Positions 1-13,853 of a stretch of DNA of 20,000 bases are shown here, in pieces (the stretch's first letter is position 1; each line of letters opens with the position of its first letter). Under the pieces are notes generated by a model. The model did no database searches and was not told the origin of the DNA. It saw only the letters and a list, made by a program, of their open reading frames with translations. Origin of the DNA: Mesotaenium endlicherianum (Eukaryota); assembly GCA_009602735.1 (NCBI GenBank), contig WELA01003352.1, positions 344,880 to 364,879 of the forward strand. The letters run 5' to 3'. Position numbers and translations under genes: made by a program.

Positions 1-610
1 CTATCGCTTGTCGGCCCTCACTGCTCATGCATTTCAGTCCAATGTCGTGCTGATTTTAAGATACCTTAACATGTACCCAAGTTATCTTGTTCTGCAATGG
101 CCAAAGCATACACATGAGTTACCGGCATTCTGTCAAGTTTGCAACTTGATCGAGTTTGAAGCTGTTTGTGTGTATTCCGTGTACTGCACTCCTATCGTTC
201 TGCGAGCTGACATGGCCAAGCCTGGCCTGAAGAGGGTACTGACTTATGACAGCTACTTCTAATTGATATGATAAAGGCAAGTAATGAGCTTGTGAGGGTG
301 CTTAGGTTTAATATCTCTCAGGACAAAGTAACCGACTTTGTGAGAGGCAGCCCCCTGCTCAACATACAGGAGTGAAGTTAAATTAAATCTAAGTCGTGGG
401 TCTACAATGTGCCACGTAGCGAACTAGCTGTTTAGTCACAAAGTTCCCACCTAGTGTAGATTCATTCGTGAACCAAGCGAGGAGGTAGTGATTCACATTG
501 GCAGCAATCAGTAACAGTGCAACAAGGGTCCAGCGTTTGTGCACAAAGCGCCAGGTGGCAGCAGCAGTACACATGAAGAGGACCCATGGCAGGGCCGTTA
601 GGGCACGGAA

Positions 611-2170
611 ATGGAGGATCTAGGGGACGACATTCTGGGGGTCATCTTGCAGCTGGCGGCTCCCTGCAGGTCAGAGGTGGCTGACAAGGACATCATCAGC
701 GCTTATATTGACCTGGATAAGGACCCTAAGTGCATTCACATGGGTCGCGTTCGCATTCACAGGAGCGTGTGCCAACAATGGAGCCGGCTCCTCTGCAGCA
801 GCTTCCAGTGCGTCCTCATGGAGCGCCACCTCAAAGATGCGGGTTCCGCCCTCGCCACGCTGCGCACTTACAAGAGCATGACACATGTACGCCTCGGGGG
901 TCCTGAGTGCCGGCTGGAGAGGACAGCTGGCGGTGGCGAGCTCCTGAGGGGGCTGGCTGAGGGGTTTCCCCTCCTCACCTCCCTTGACGTGGAAATTTCA
1001 CCTGGGTGGGAGCTTCTGCCAGACCTCGCGCACTTACTCTTTCACAGGACCAGCTTGAGGGAGTTACGGCTCAGGTTCGCCGACCAGCCATGGGAAGTAG
1101 CTGACCATCAATGGGTAATGGACAAAGACCCTCCATATTTTGCCACCTGGCGGGACTACCACGCCTTGCTGGCAGGCCTGGATTTCGGGGGTCTAGTGCA
1201 TTTGAGGAACCTCTCACTGGACTTCAGGGGGCTCTACTTCCCGACAGAGGCAGAAAGTAAACGCGATGGGCCTCCCCCCAGCTTGCCCGTGAGTACCACG
1301 CTTGCGCAGCTCCCTGGGCTGTCGAGCCTCCACGTGACTGTTCCCAATGCAGGCCAGGTGGCGCGGCTGCCGCCTTGGCTGGGGGATCTGCGCTCCTTTT
1401 CAAGCTTAAGCATCAGCTGCGGCCGCTGGGACCACCCCTCCCCACAGCTCCTGCCCTCCCTGGCAAACATGTGCTCGCTGCAAGAGCTTCGGCTCTGCCT
1501 GGAATCGCCAATTGGCAGCCCCGAACTCCGCCTCATCGCACGCTTGCAGTCCCTGACTTCACTAAGTCTGGCGTACGCTCGCACCGGCCGGGTGGACGAT
1601 GACCTGGCGCAGGAGGCGATCTTCAATCCGCGCCTGAGGAGGCTGCTGGTGCATTGCGACGAGCTCCCGGCAGTGCTGAGGGCGCGCATGCCGCTGCTAG
1701 AGGAGCTTGCGCTTGCCGTGAGCGGGCAGGGCGCGCAATTCCAGCACGACCTCTTTGCGTTCACACCCGCACTGCGCTCGCTTGACCTGCGCCTGAGCGA
1801 CACCCCTGCCTGGCCGGATCTCGGCGTGGCCCTTCTCACAGGGCTCACGTCTCTGAGCCTGATGTGCTCGTCGAGCGGCAGAAGGAGTGCCTCCGATGTA
1901 AGCCGTCTGAGCAGCACCCTCCAGGAGCTCAAAATCGGCAACTGCAGGCTGCTGGAGCGCACGCCTGGGGTTTTTGGTCTCGGTTCTGCGACAGTCGTCA
2001 CCTTGCTCTGCTCCTGCCGGTCCCTGAACTTCCGGTTTGATAGCTTTGCAGAATACACCAGACGGAATTGCTGTAAGTGGCTGTTGGGTGGCCGCGCTAG
2101 GCAGCTGTTCATGACACGCGGCGTGCGAGATAGATATGCTAATTGCACTCTGCTCGAGGCTGCTTGCTAA
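611..2170 (+). CDS. F-box-like / RNI-like leucine-rich repeat protein, 519 aa, apparently single exon
   Basis: ATG-initiated uninterrupted ORF in a GC-rich block. The N-terminus LGDDILGVILQLA resembles the start of an F-box. There are repeated LxxLxL motifs (LTSLDV, LRELRL, LRNLSL, LSSLHV, LQELRL, LTSLSL, LRRLLV, LEELAL, LRSLDL, LQELKI). Confidence 0.75.
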   Translation: MEDLGDDILGVILQLAAPCRSEVADKDIISAYIDLDKDPKCIHMGRVRIHRSVCQQWSRLLCSSFQCVLMERHLKDAGSALATLRTYKSMTHVRLGGPECRLERTAGGGELLRGLAEGFPLLTSLDVEISPGWELLPDLAHLLFHRTSLRELRLRFADQPWEVADHQWVMDKDPPYFATWRDYHALLAGLDFGGLVHLRNLSLDFRGLYFPTEAESKRDGPPPSLPVSTTLAQLPGLSSLHVTVPNAGQVARLPPWLGDLRSFSSLSISCGRWDHPSPQLLPSLANMCSLQELRLCLESPIGSPELRLIARLQSLTSLSLAYARTGRVDDDLAQEAIFNPRLRRLLVHCDELPAVLRARMPLLEELALAVSGQGAQFQHDLFAFTPALRSLDLRLSDTPAWPDLGVALLTGLTSLSLMCSSSGRRSASDVSRLSSTLQELKIGNCRLLERTPGVFGLGSATVVTLLCSCRSLNFRFDSFAEYTRRNCCKWLLGGRARQLFMTRGVRDRYANCTLLEAAC

Positions 2171-3021
2171 GCTGCTTATACCACACGCCACAAACTTTGT
2201 GTCTTGAAGACCCTGGTAAGGGAAGGTGTCTTGAATTTGTCCCTAGTTCTTAGAAGTGAAGTTGAAGATTACAAGGAGCTAATCATGTACATCAGTAGTG
2301 TGCACCTTGGCGACCTCAGTGAGGCGCTTGATGAAATGCACGCATGTAATTGCTGCGCATGCAGTTTCAATCATTACAGTAAAAGTGCAGAGCTGTTCCT
2401 GTGTCAATCGATGTGTGAGTGGGTACTGTGAGTTGGCAGTTGCTGCTTCACAGGAGCTAGTGCTTGTTATGTCATGAAACACATCAGTTCTTCTGTAGAA
2501 TGTAGCTAGACATGCACGTGAACGACAGAGTAAGCACCGGTGATATTGCGCATTCTAGCGCAATGCACTAACAAAAATTGGTTCTCTGAGAGGTTGTTCT
2601 CAGCCTCTGCATGGGGTGAGAAGCTTATGATCATGGCGCAACTCATGTCTCGTGCAAGTTTCATTAATTAATAGAATGTGAGATTGATAATATAATAGCT
2701 ATTATCAGAATATGCCTACAACTTGGGCCTCACTAGAAGTTTGTTGATTGGTACAACCTGCAAATAAAAACATGTACTAGGTACATGAGACTCCATACTT
2801 ACATTGCTTCTCATTATCATAGCCACCTTTTCCAAGCAATAAATATATTTCACCATCTGCAACTTTGATACGTCGATGCAGCAAACGCATGAAGTGTGTG
2901 AACTGCATGCATACACTCCATCCCAGGATTGAACACCAATGAGATTTTTTGCGCATTATTTGAACATATTTAACTTTCTTCCCACTAAAGCATATGCTAG
3001 CATGCAGGCAAGATGCGCTAC

Positions 3022-6530
<3,509 letters not shown>

Positions 6531-7319
6531 TTTGTCACCGGCTGGTGTTGAAGATGATTTGCTGATTAAGCTTTCAGAGTGGTTTCAGATATGGCGCGTT
6601 GAGTATAAATCAGCTGATCAGTATACACCTTTAGTGTCGTAATTGGATACGCATGGAAATGCTTTTGCTGCCAATCAAGTCCTTCGCAAGCGAATCACAG
6701 ATAAATTCCAGAAGATCGAAGTCAAAACTATCCACCCGAGTGAAGTTCGAGAAGACCAGCTTGCGACTTGTCAAAACTGGGCTGCTGCGCTTCTGACAGG
6801 TCTATCTTACCAGGATATCCTCATTTAACCATGCCTGTCTAGCTCAGGCTGAGCTCAGGTCTCGCGTGCAATATAATTCACATCCGTATATACAGACAAG
6901 GCAATAAAAAATTGTACTTTGAAGTATCAGTATTCACGTAAACGTAGCTCCTGGCAGATTCACAAAGTTGCCGAATGCGCGTGCGAGTGAAACGTTAAAG
7001 CAGGTCGACAACGCCAGTGCACCGACATGCGCTCAAGCGCGTGAGCACAAATCTCCTGGCGACTGAACAACTGCAGTTCAGAAGGCTGCGCCTGAGTCAA
7101 CAATGAGTGTAAAAAGCAAGGAGGAGAAGTTGGAATACAATAGAAGAATAGCTACGGTGGATTTAACTCCTTGCACAGTTAAAAGGTTGTGGCGATGTCA
7201 TGAAATATTGCGCAACAACCTAAGTCAAGCTTCAAGTGTGCAAAGCCAACTTTTGAGTGTGTGAAATCAACCCTAAGTTGACCAAAACCCTCACATTGAA
7301 CTCCAGTTTGCACACGGTC

Positions 7320-8330
7320 TATTTATTCTTTTGCGTAAGTTTACATCATTTCCCTTGATGACTGAGACAGCTACAAGGTCACACCTTCTGGATAAAGCGT
7401 CTGCAGGGTTGATCTTCCCAGGTAAGTACTCAACCTTGTGGTCGAACTGTTGCAGAAACTTCATCCACCTTGCCTGTCTTGGTGTCAACATTGGCTGCGT
7501 CATAAATTTCTCCAAGCTCCTGTGGTCGGTCTTGATGAACACCTTCCGGCCGTCCACATAACATTGCCAAATCCTCAAAGCCCGGATGATAGCCAACATC
7601 TCCCGCTCGTGTGCTCCATCTGCTCAGCAGGACTCAACTTCTTGCTCTCATATGCCACAGGCTGCAATCCTTTGCCCTAGTTCTAGAGAAGAATGGCTCC
7701 CACTGCAAAGTTTGAAGCGTCCGTGATGATGGTGAAAGGAAGCTCTGGACTTGCAATTGCCAACACAGGTGCCTGTGTTAACAGCTCCTTAATCTTCTCA
7801 AAAGCTTGTTGCTCCTTGTCACCCTATAGGCACTTCTCCTGCTTCTTTAACATGTCCGCGAGCGGTGCACACACCTTGGCAAATCCTTCAATGAAACGTT
7901 GACAATAATTCGCCATGCCGAGGAAAAACTTGAGTTGATGAATATCAGCAAGTACCGGCCAATCTCTTACTGCTTGCACCTTCTTCTGCTCCACCTTGAC
8001 TCCTTCAGCTCCCACTATATGTCCAAGAAACTCGACTTCCTTGAGACAGAAGTCGCACTCGCTCATCTTCCCATACAGCTTCTGATCTCTCAAGACCTCC
8101 AACAACTTCCTCAGATGCTCCACATGCTCTTCCAAGGTCTTCGAATAGATCAGGATGTCGTCCAAAAATACCACCACAAACTGGTCCAAATAGGTTCTGA
8201 AGATACTATTCATGAGTGCCATGAATGTAGCACGTGCATTAGTCAGCCCAAAAAGCATGACTGTAAACTCGAATAAGCCATAGCGAGTCGTGAAAGCAGT
8301 CTTTTGAACATCTCCTTCCGCAATTCGTAT
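7320..8330 (-). mobile_element. Degenerate Ty3/gypsy LTR-retrotransposon pol fragment (reverse transcriptase followed by RNase H)
   Basis: Minus-strand translation gives IRIAEGDVQKTAFTTRYGLFEFTVMLFGLTNA...VVVFLDDILIYS...KCDF-like MSECDF...VEFLGHIV...FLGMANY, then RNase H motifs TDASNFAVGAIL, PVAYESKKLS, EREMLAII, KTDHRSL, RQARW, YLPGKINPADALSRR. In-frame TAG stops at 7824-7826, 7683-7685 and 7677-7679 and a frameshift near 7620. No gag, protease or integrase seen. Confidence 0.95.
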
Positions 8331-8733
8331 AACGATCCGAGCTATTTTAGGCGCATTTGGGACGTTTTCCCAATGACCTAAAGTACGTTATACTATTTAT
8401 CATATTATTTGATAAATGATTGCATCATATTTAATTATTCGCCACACGCGTGTGTCGATTAATTCCTGGTCGATTGGCGAAACGACCGAGATACTATTGC
8501 AAAAAGCGTCGTAACGTAACTCAACTACTTCGCAAAAGTACAACATAATTATTCATAAAGTTACTTTGATTAATTATGAGATGATAACTCTAATAAATCA
8601 CTGATTGATGAAGCAAATTTGATTGCCATTATTTCGGACAATGCACAGTCACAGATTTCGCATTTACAACTAGTCGTTAATGCGAAGAAACAGTCGTAAA
8701 AGTCAAACAACACATAATATGCAAAGCAACTTT

Positions 8734-8800
8734 GCATCCGAGCGGATTCCAACCCGCGACCTGTCGCTTGAAACGTTCACACCTAATCGATTGGCGAAGT
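8734..8800 (-). other. tRNA-like degenerate segment (tRNA pseudogene or SINE-head-like)
   Basis: Minus strand reads ...CAGGTCGCGGGTTGGAATCCGCTCGGATGC, a T-arm/B-box (GGTTCGAATCC) with one mismatch. There is a weak A-box-like TCGCCAATCG about 35 nt upstream. No full cloverleaf could be drawn. Confidence 0.3.
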
Positions 8801-9149
8801 AGTTTTCATAACTACCGGTTCATGACCCCAGCAACTTCACCCTGACGGTGACATGGGGCAAATTTCATCGACAATCTGAAATGGAAATATACACGAGTCG
8901 GATCGGCCGCCGGGCGTCGACGGCAAATTTGAGCGAACGGAAGCAAAGATTTTACTATTCTATTAATTTCCTCACGTTCGTTTTGGCCAAATTTTGGAGG
9001 ATTTGTATCTGACAACAGCCGGTTACACTTTCATGTCCGTCGTTGCTGGTGTACCTTAGTCAAGCTTCACGAGTTGAATCGATCCGACGGGCGCGAAATG
9101 GAGTGCCGTCGGGGACCCTCAGTTCTGGCGTATTCTGACAGCTCGTCGA

Positions 9150-10661
9150 TCATGTCAGCATCACGTCGTCCGCTGGTACTTTATTTGTTATTGCCTCACA
9201 TGTTCTATCCGCGTGCACGTGAGCACAACCCCATCCGGCCTGGCCCGTTGTGTCCACATCCAGGTTTGCTCGCAATGTTTTGTCCTTGTCTCCAGCGAAT
9301 GGTACACATTTGACATGCTTTGAATTTGTTTCTACCGTGCACAGACTGCGGAAATAGTTTGCCGATAGCTGGTCACATGTTGGTTTCAAACCTCTCTGTG
9401 CAATATCGTCGACCTTTGCACCGTTTTCGATCAAGGTCTTCCAGAGTGTCGTATTAGTGATCAGATGCCAGGCCATCTCTTCCCTTTTTGCATCGGATAA
9501 CTTGGATTGGGCTTCGTCGAGTGCGTACTCTGGAAGCTTCAAGAGCGCACTAATCTTGGAGGTGATCAGCACCCTGTTGTTCCTCCACTTAGTAGTCAAC
9601 AACTGCAAGCTCGAAACAAACAAGCTGCGGTGAGATGGATGAGATAGTAATAGGCTTAGGTGCATTCACGGAAATGAATTGCTTGGAAGGATGGGTTCCT
9701 CATTAGTTTGAGAGGATGACATTCACGTCCTGGATCTCCTTGTGTAGCTGCGCTCCTACCGAATGCTGCTTGAACCACATAGAAAGGTCTGGAATGAGAC
9801 GCTTCTTTCCCGCCGTCCAATCGTCCACTACCTTGGTTGTTCTCTCGTCTCTTAGTACCATCATCCTTTGGATGACCTCCACTGCCTGAAGATCTATAGC
9901 GTTTTTGTCGAGCTCGATGTCCACCCATGCACATGCGCTGGTCCGCTTCGGTTTGAATACTTTCGCACAGCTGTCTGCCTGCACAAATCGGAAGAAAGTT
10001 AGGAATTTGTGACCATCACTGTGGAAACTCAAGTCTGACCCAACATAGCAAAATCGAAACATTGCAGACTTACCATATTATTTTTCTTAGGCCCAAGAGG
10101 TGTCCTGGGAGGCCTCTTCGGGACCCCACTTCCGTGGTTGATATCCTCTGCAATATTAAATATAGCGGTGCACATGTGCATCATTATCTTGTAATTCCTA
10201 TCACTTTTTGCATTAATAACAACGAATTCACCCTTCCTCGGCATTTCTTCATCGTCATTAGCAACCTCATGATCTGCCACCATGTTTCTTAAGACGCCCA
10301 GCACGATGTCATTCTTGCTCTTCTCAGGTAGCGGCGATGTCAACTCTGCTGTTCCCTCATCCTCCTCGGGAGAACTGCTAGTGGTAATGACCGGTTCCGG
10401 CCTTGGCAATGGCCCCACTGCGGTGCAAACAGTGTTGGCCTTCAAGTCTTTGTGAAGAAAGTGAAGACTATCGCCTAAGTTGATAGCCTGAACCAACATA
10501 TGCTGATCCTTAACGCTCATCTTGGGGTGAGTCTTTCTCCTCTTCTTCACACTACCTTCCTCTTTCACAGGCCGCTGGTATTTGTGGCCGTATACCTCGA
10601 TTAGTGATCTAACTACCTTTCTCGAGCCCGTTTCTTTGCTTCCCGAGTGTAATGAATCAGT
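9150..10661 (-). CDS. Putative spliced orphan gene or pseudogene: exons ~10074-10661 (first in-frame ATG 10520), 9727-9978, 9150-9602; about 383-430 aa, unknown function
   Basis: Three consecutive minus-strand ORFs join in phase 0. Intron 1 (9979-10073) has ATG|GTAAGT, a CTAAC branch site, a pyrimidine tract and GCAG. Intron 2 (9603-9726; GAC|GTGAAT ... TTGCAG) is weaker. The product has a basic KKRRK motif and an acidic/Ser-Pro region. No family recognised. Confidence 0.5.
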
Positions 10662-10794
10662 TCATTATTTATTTAATTAATTGCATGTATAAATATAACA
10701 CTAAATAAGTATTATGTCAGTATACTCGCATGTGCGAGTTCATCTAAGTGAATGAATGTCGATATAATGCGAGTTTACTTACTTTGTCAAAAAT

Positions 10795-10887
10795 GTCAGC
10801 AGGATGACTTTTGTATCACAGTGTAGTTTGCTGACTTGTTGAGAAGGTCAGCAAGATGACTTTTGTATCATAGTATAGTTTGCTGAG
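10795..10887. repeat. Two-copy direct repeat, 41-nt unit, 52-nt period
   Basis: GTCAGCAGGATGACTTTTGTATCACAGTGTAGTTTGCTGAC (10795-10835) and GTCAGCAAGATGACTTTTGTATCATAGTATAGTTTGCTGAG (10847-10887), 4 mismatches. Unit ends GTCAGCA/TGCTGAC are self-complementary. Confidence 0.9.
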
Positions 10888-13853
10888 ATTTGCATATCAG
10901 TTATATATAGGATGTAATATCAATAGGTTGACATATAGTAAGCTCTCCTCATATTAGTTAGTATACTTAGCTTCAGTACGCTGAGGATAGATACATTCAT
11001 TTAGATTATTATTTGTAGATTGGCACATGTGACCGCAGTATACTGAAAGTCGGAAGGTCGACGGAGATTTGGTGAACCGATGTTCTACCAGTGTGGTTAA
11101 CTCCTGGGTGGGCGGAGCCGTTGTCAGTCAACTGAACAATTAGGACTTCAGTCAACCGACCAATTAATATGGTCGTTACACCTAGATCCGGGGGTCCCAA
11201 CTTAACAGGTTTCCCACAAAACGGCGCACCTTGCGCCGTGGTCAACCAGGTGGTCACTAGGTACATAGCAGGCTGGGATCTCGTGGTCCCTCATTCTGGA
11301 CAGTAGGCTTTACAGTCGGATTTCTACTTGCAAGTCATGTGTGCACTTTTGGGTTCGTTCTAATGACCAGCCTTCACGGAAATTAACATGGTTGCTTCGT
11401 CTACGCTCCAAATGGGATGAACTATGACTTTTCGGAAAGTTCTTGTCAAGATGCATCCGTTGCCGTTCAGTTTGCTCAACTTGGAGTAGTATTGGCAGAG
11501 TTATGCCCTCTGACATTTCGGGGTCACACAGCGGACAGATTCCATGGTTTTGCACCTAAGTCAGTGGGATGTGTTTTAGCTACAGAAGGTCATCTGAATG
11601 AGAGCGCCTTTGCTATTCAGTCCCCTGATGTTGTACATGTGCTATACATGCTTGCATGCCTGGTAGGCAAGAGGCCATGAGTTTCTGAAGGAGAAGCTCT
11701 AGTCCTCAAGCTCGCCTCTTTCTTGTGCCTTGTATTCGCGTGCAACTATGGCACACTACGATGAGTGAATCAAGGGTTATAGATGAGTAAACGGAATTCA
11801 TTATAAGGGCGAAGATCGCTCCCTGACTTCACACGCTTCCACCTATCTCTGATCTTTTATATTTAAATGAAATATATTGATCTTGAATAAGCAAGATTCA
11901 TTTCACCGAGGAGGTTGCGTTCTCCTTATACTACTCCCACAATCCATTGTCCTCCACCCGGGTTCATAAGTCGCCCATCATCCCTGTCATGCCCTACATT
12001 TTGGCCAAAAAAATGGAAGGAGAATTTTGAGATGGCGAACTTCAGAGGCAGTGTTCAACTTTCAAACCTAATTTGTTACGTGTAGGTGCAGTGACCTGTA
12101 GGCGCAAACACGAGTGGCACCTAGGAGGTGATTTAATTGCAAATTTAGTGAAGTAAAACTACAAATGAAATTGGCCAACGACTGGCCGAGACCCGCCAAA
12201 ACATTGCATCATTTGGCGGTTATGTCTATGCCAATTACGGTATTATGTTGTCATTCTCTTCCGCGATGTAGGGCGTGTGCCCGACCCGATAATCCGGTCA
12301 ATCGAAGTCTGGAGGTACACGGAGTCCATTTTTGCTCGCGCTTGGTTGGTTGTTGCACTGAGGGCGGACGTGGTTGAACGCCTCTTGTCACCTTCGACAT
12401 CACATACAACGTCCGATCACGTCCAATCGTCAAACCCGACCTCCTGTAACCTGGAAACAGGGTACGTGGCCGACGTGGACCACCGTGGACTGTGGCATAC
12501 CTACAACCTCGTCCCTGTCCTTCGATACCCTCCCGAGAAAAAACGCACATGCAGAGCCATGCGGAGCCTGGCTTCATGCTAGTGGCTCATGTGATAATTC
12601 GTACACGAGGCGCATCATCTTTTGTGTGATTATTATGATTGTTAAAACAGGATATATGTATACATGTTTAAAACGCCACGAGTATATATATCAAATGAAG
12701 GATTTTAATGCGTATATTAGCATCAATATGAAGAATTTCTTTAATGATACATATTTTAACACTAGGCTTGCATTGCATGCTCATGTTCATGGAGGTTGCT
12801 AGAATCATGCTGGTGAATAAAGTGGCATCCAACAAATTAAAGTACTAGCTGCAGAATGCCACACGAGAATTTCTGCTGGCCAACGCACTGACCATTGCAC
12901 TGTCATATAATTGCCATCAATACAATAATGAACAAACTTGCCCGCTTCTAATGCCTTGCTGGGTCGTGCATACACAATCATTTTCTCACATAATATTTTA
13001 TAGGTATATTGTGTTGGCATGAGGATATACAAGACTGCAAATATGAAGGTGAAAACAAGGAGAGCGCCAAGATATTTTAGAAGCGAAACAAGAAGCAGCT
13101 CAGTCGCAACTCAGTTGACTCCATTGAGTTGCACACAGGCGCGAAAGATAGATATCACTACAAATAAATATATAGCACCCACTTTAGATGTTCATTTTGT
13201 GGCCTATGCGCGGTGCATGTGGTGTGTGAGCATGCACTTGACTCCGGGCTTTCCTCATATTGCAAAAGTCCACTTTTCTCACACTCATCTCTCGACATAC
13301 CTCTGCCTGACTACAACGCGCTTGTGGTACACTTCGAGACCAAATCTCATGCAGCTCTCCCTCCTCTCGTCTAGGCTACCGCAATGATTGCAATTCAACA
13401 ATATGTTCCAAGTGAACCCATCTCTTATCACTGACACAAAAGTGCTGCCGAGTATGGACTTGTAAGTAGAAAAGCAACGCAGTGATCCATTTTGCGTAAC
13501 AAAAGGGAGTCCCTCGCGGCCAGATCTTGACCAGGCCCAAAAGCAGCCCTAATCTTGAGAGCTGACCAGGCAAGACAAACACAGTATCCTATGTGGTGTG
13601 GGCATGGCAGAGACATATGCCGCAAGTCACGCAAACAACATATCTCACACACAAAAACGCACACGCGTACCGTTGACAACTGAAAAGGAGGAAGGTATTG
13701 ATGAGTGAGGGTGTCAGCTGCGTGCTCGAGAGCACGCGCGACCCACAAGCACCAAAAAGTATATTTACAACATGTACAACATTCTGCCCAAGCAGGGCCA
13801 AATCTCTCCCAGCGCTCAATCCCGGGAATGAACCAGCTGCCTTGCCTCTGGAT

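Larger units (their letters stand above)
8328..11180. mobile_element. Putative inserted element (long solo-LTR-like or TIR-bounded, 2853 bp)
   Basis: Begins TATAACGATCCG exactly where RT homology stops. Ends GGTCGTTACA, whose reverse complement TGTAACGACC matches the left end at 8/10 and resembles common plant gypsy LTR termini. No 5-bp TSD (ATTCG vs CCTAG), and RT does not resume on the right. Confidence 0.4.

Noticed and set aside
1234..2148. 304-aa antisense ORF over the LRR gene
   Set aside because: Ser/Arg-rich shadow frame expected opposite a GC-rich, Leu-rich CDS.
10795..10887. Palindromic direct repeats as a CRISPR array
   Set aside because: Only two copies with an 11-nt spacer, no cas genes, eukaryotic context.
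11221..11260. Hairpin followed by CTAG as a Helitron 3' end
   Set aside because: The spacer is 17 nt, CTAG is followed by G rather than T, and no matching 5' TC end or Rep/Hel sequence was found.
12277..12802. Plus-strand ORFs of 101 and 142 aa
   Set aside because: No recognisable motif, non-ATG starts and no supporting splice pattern.
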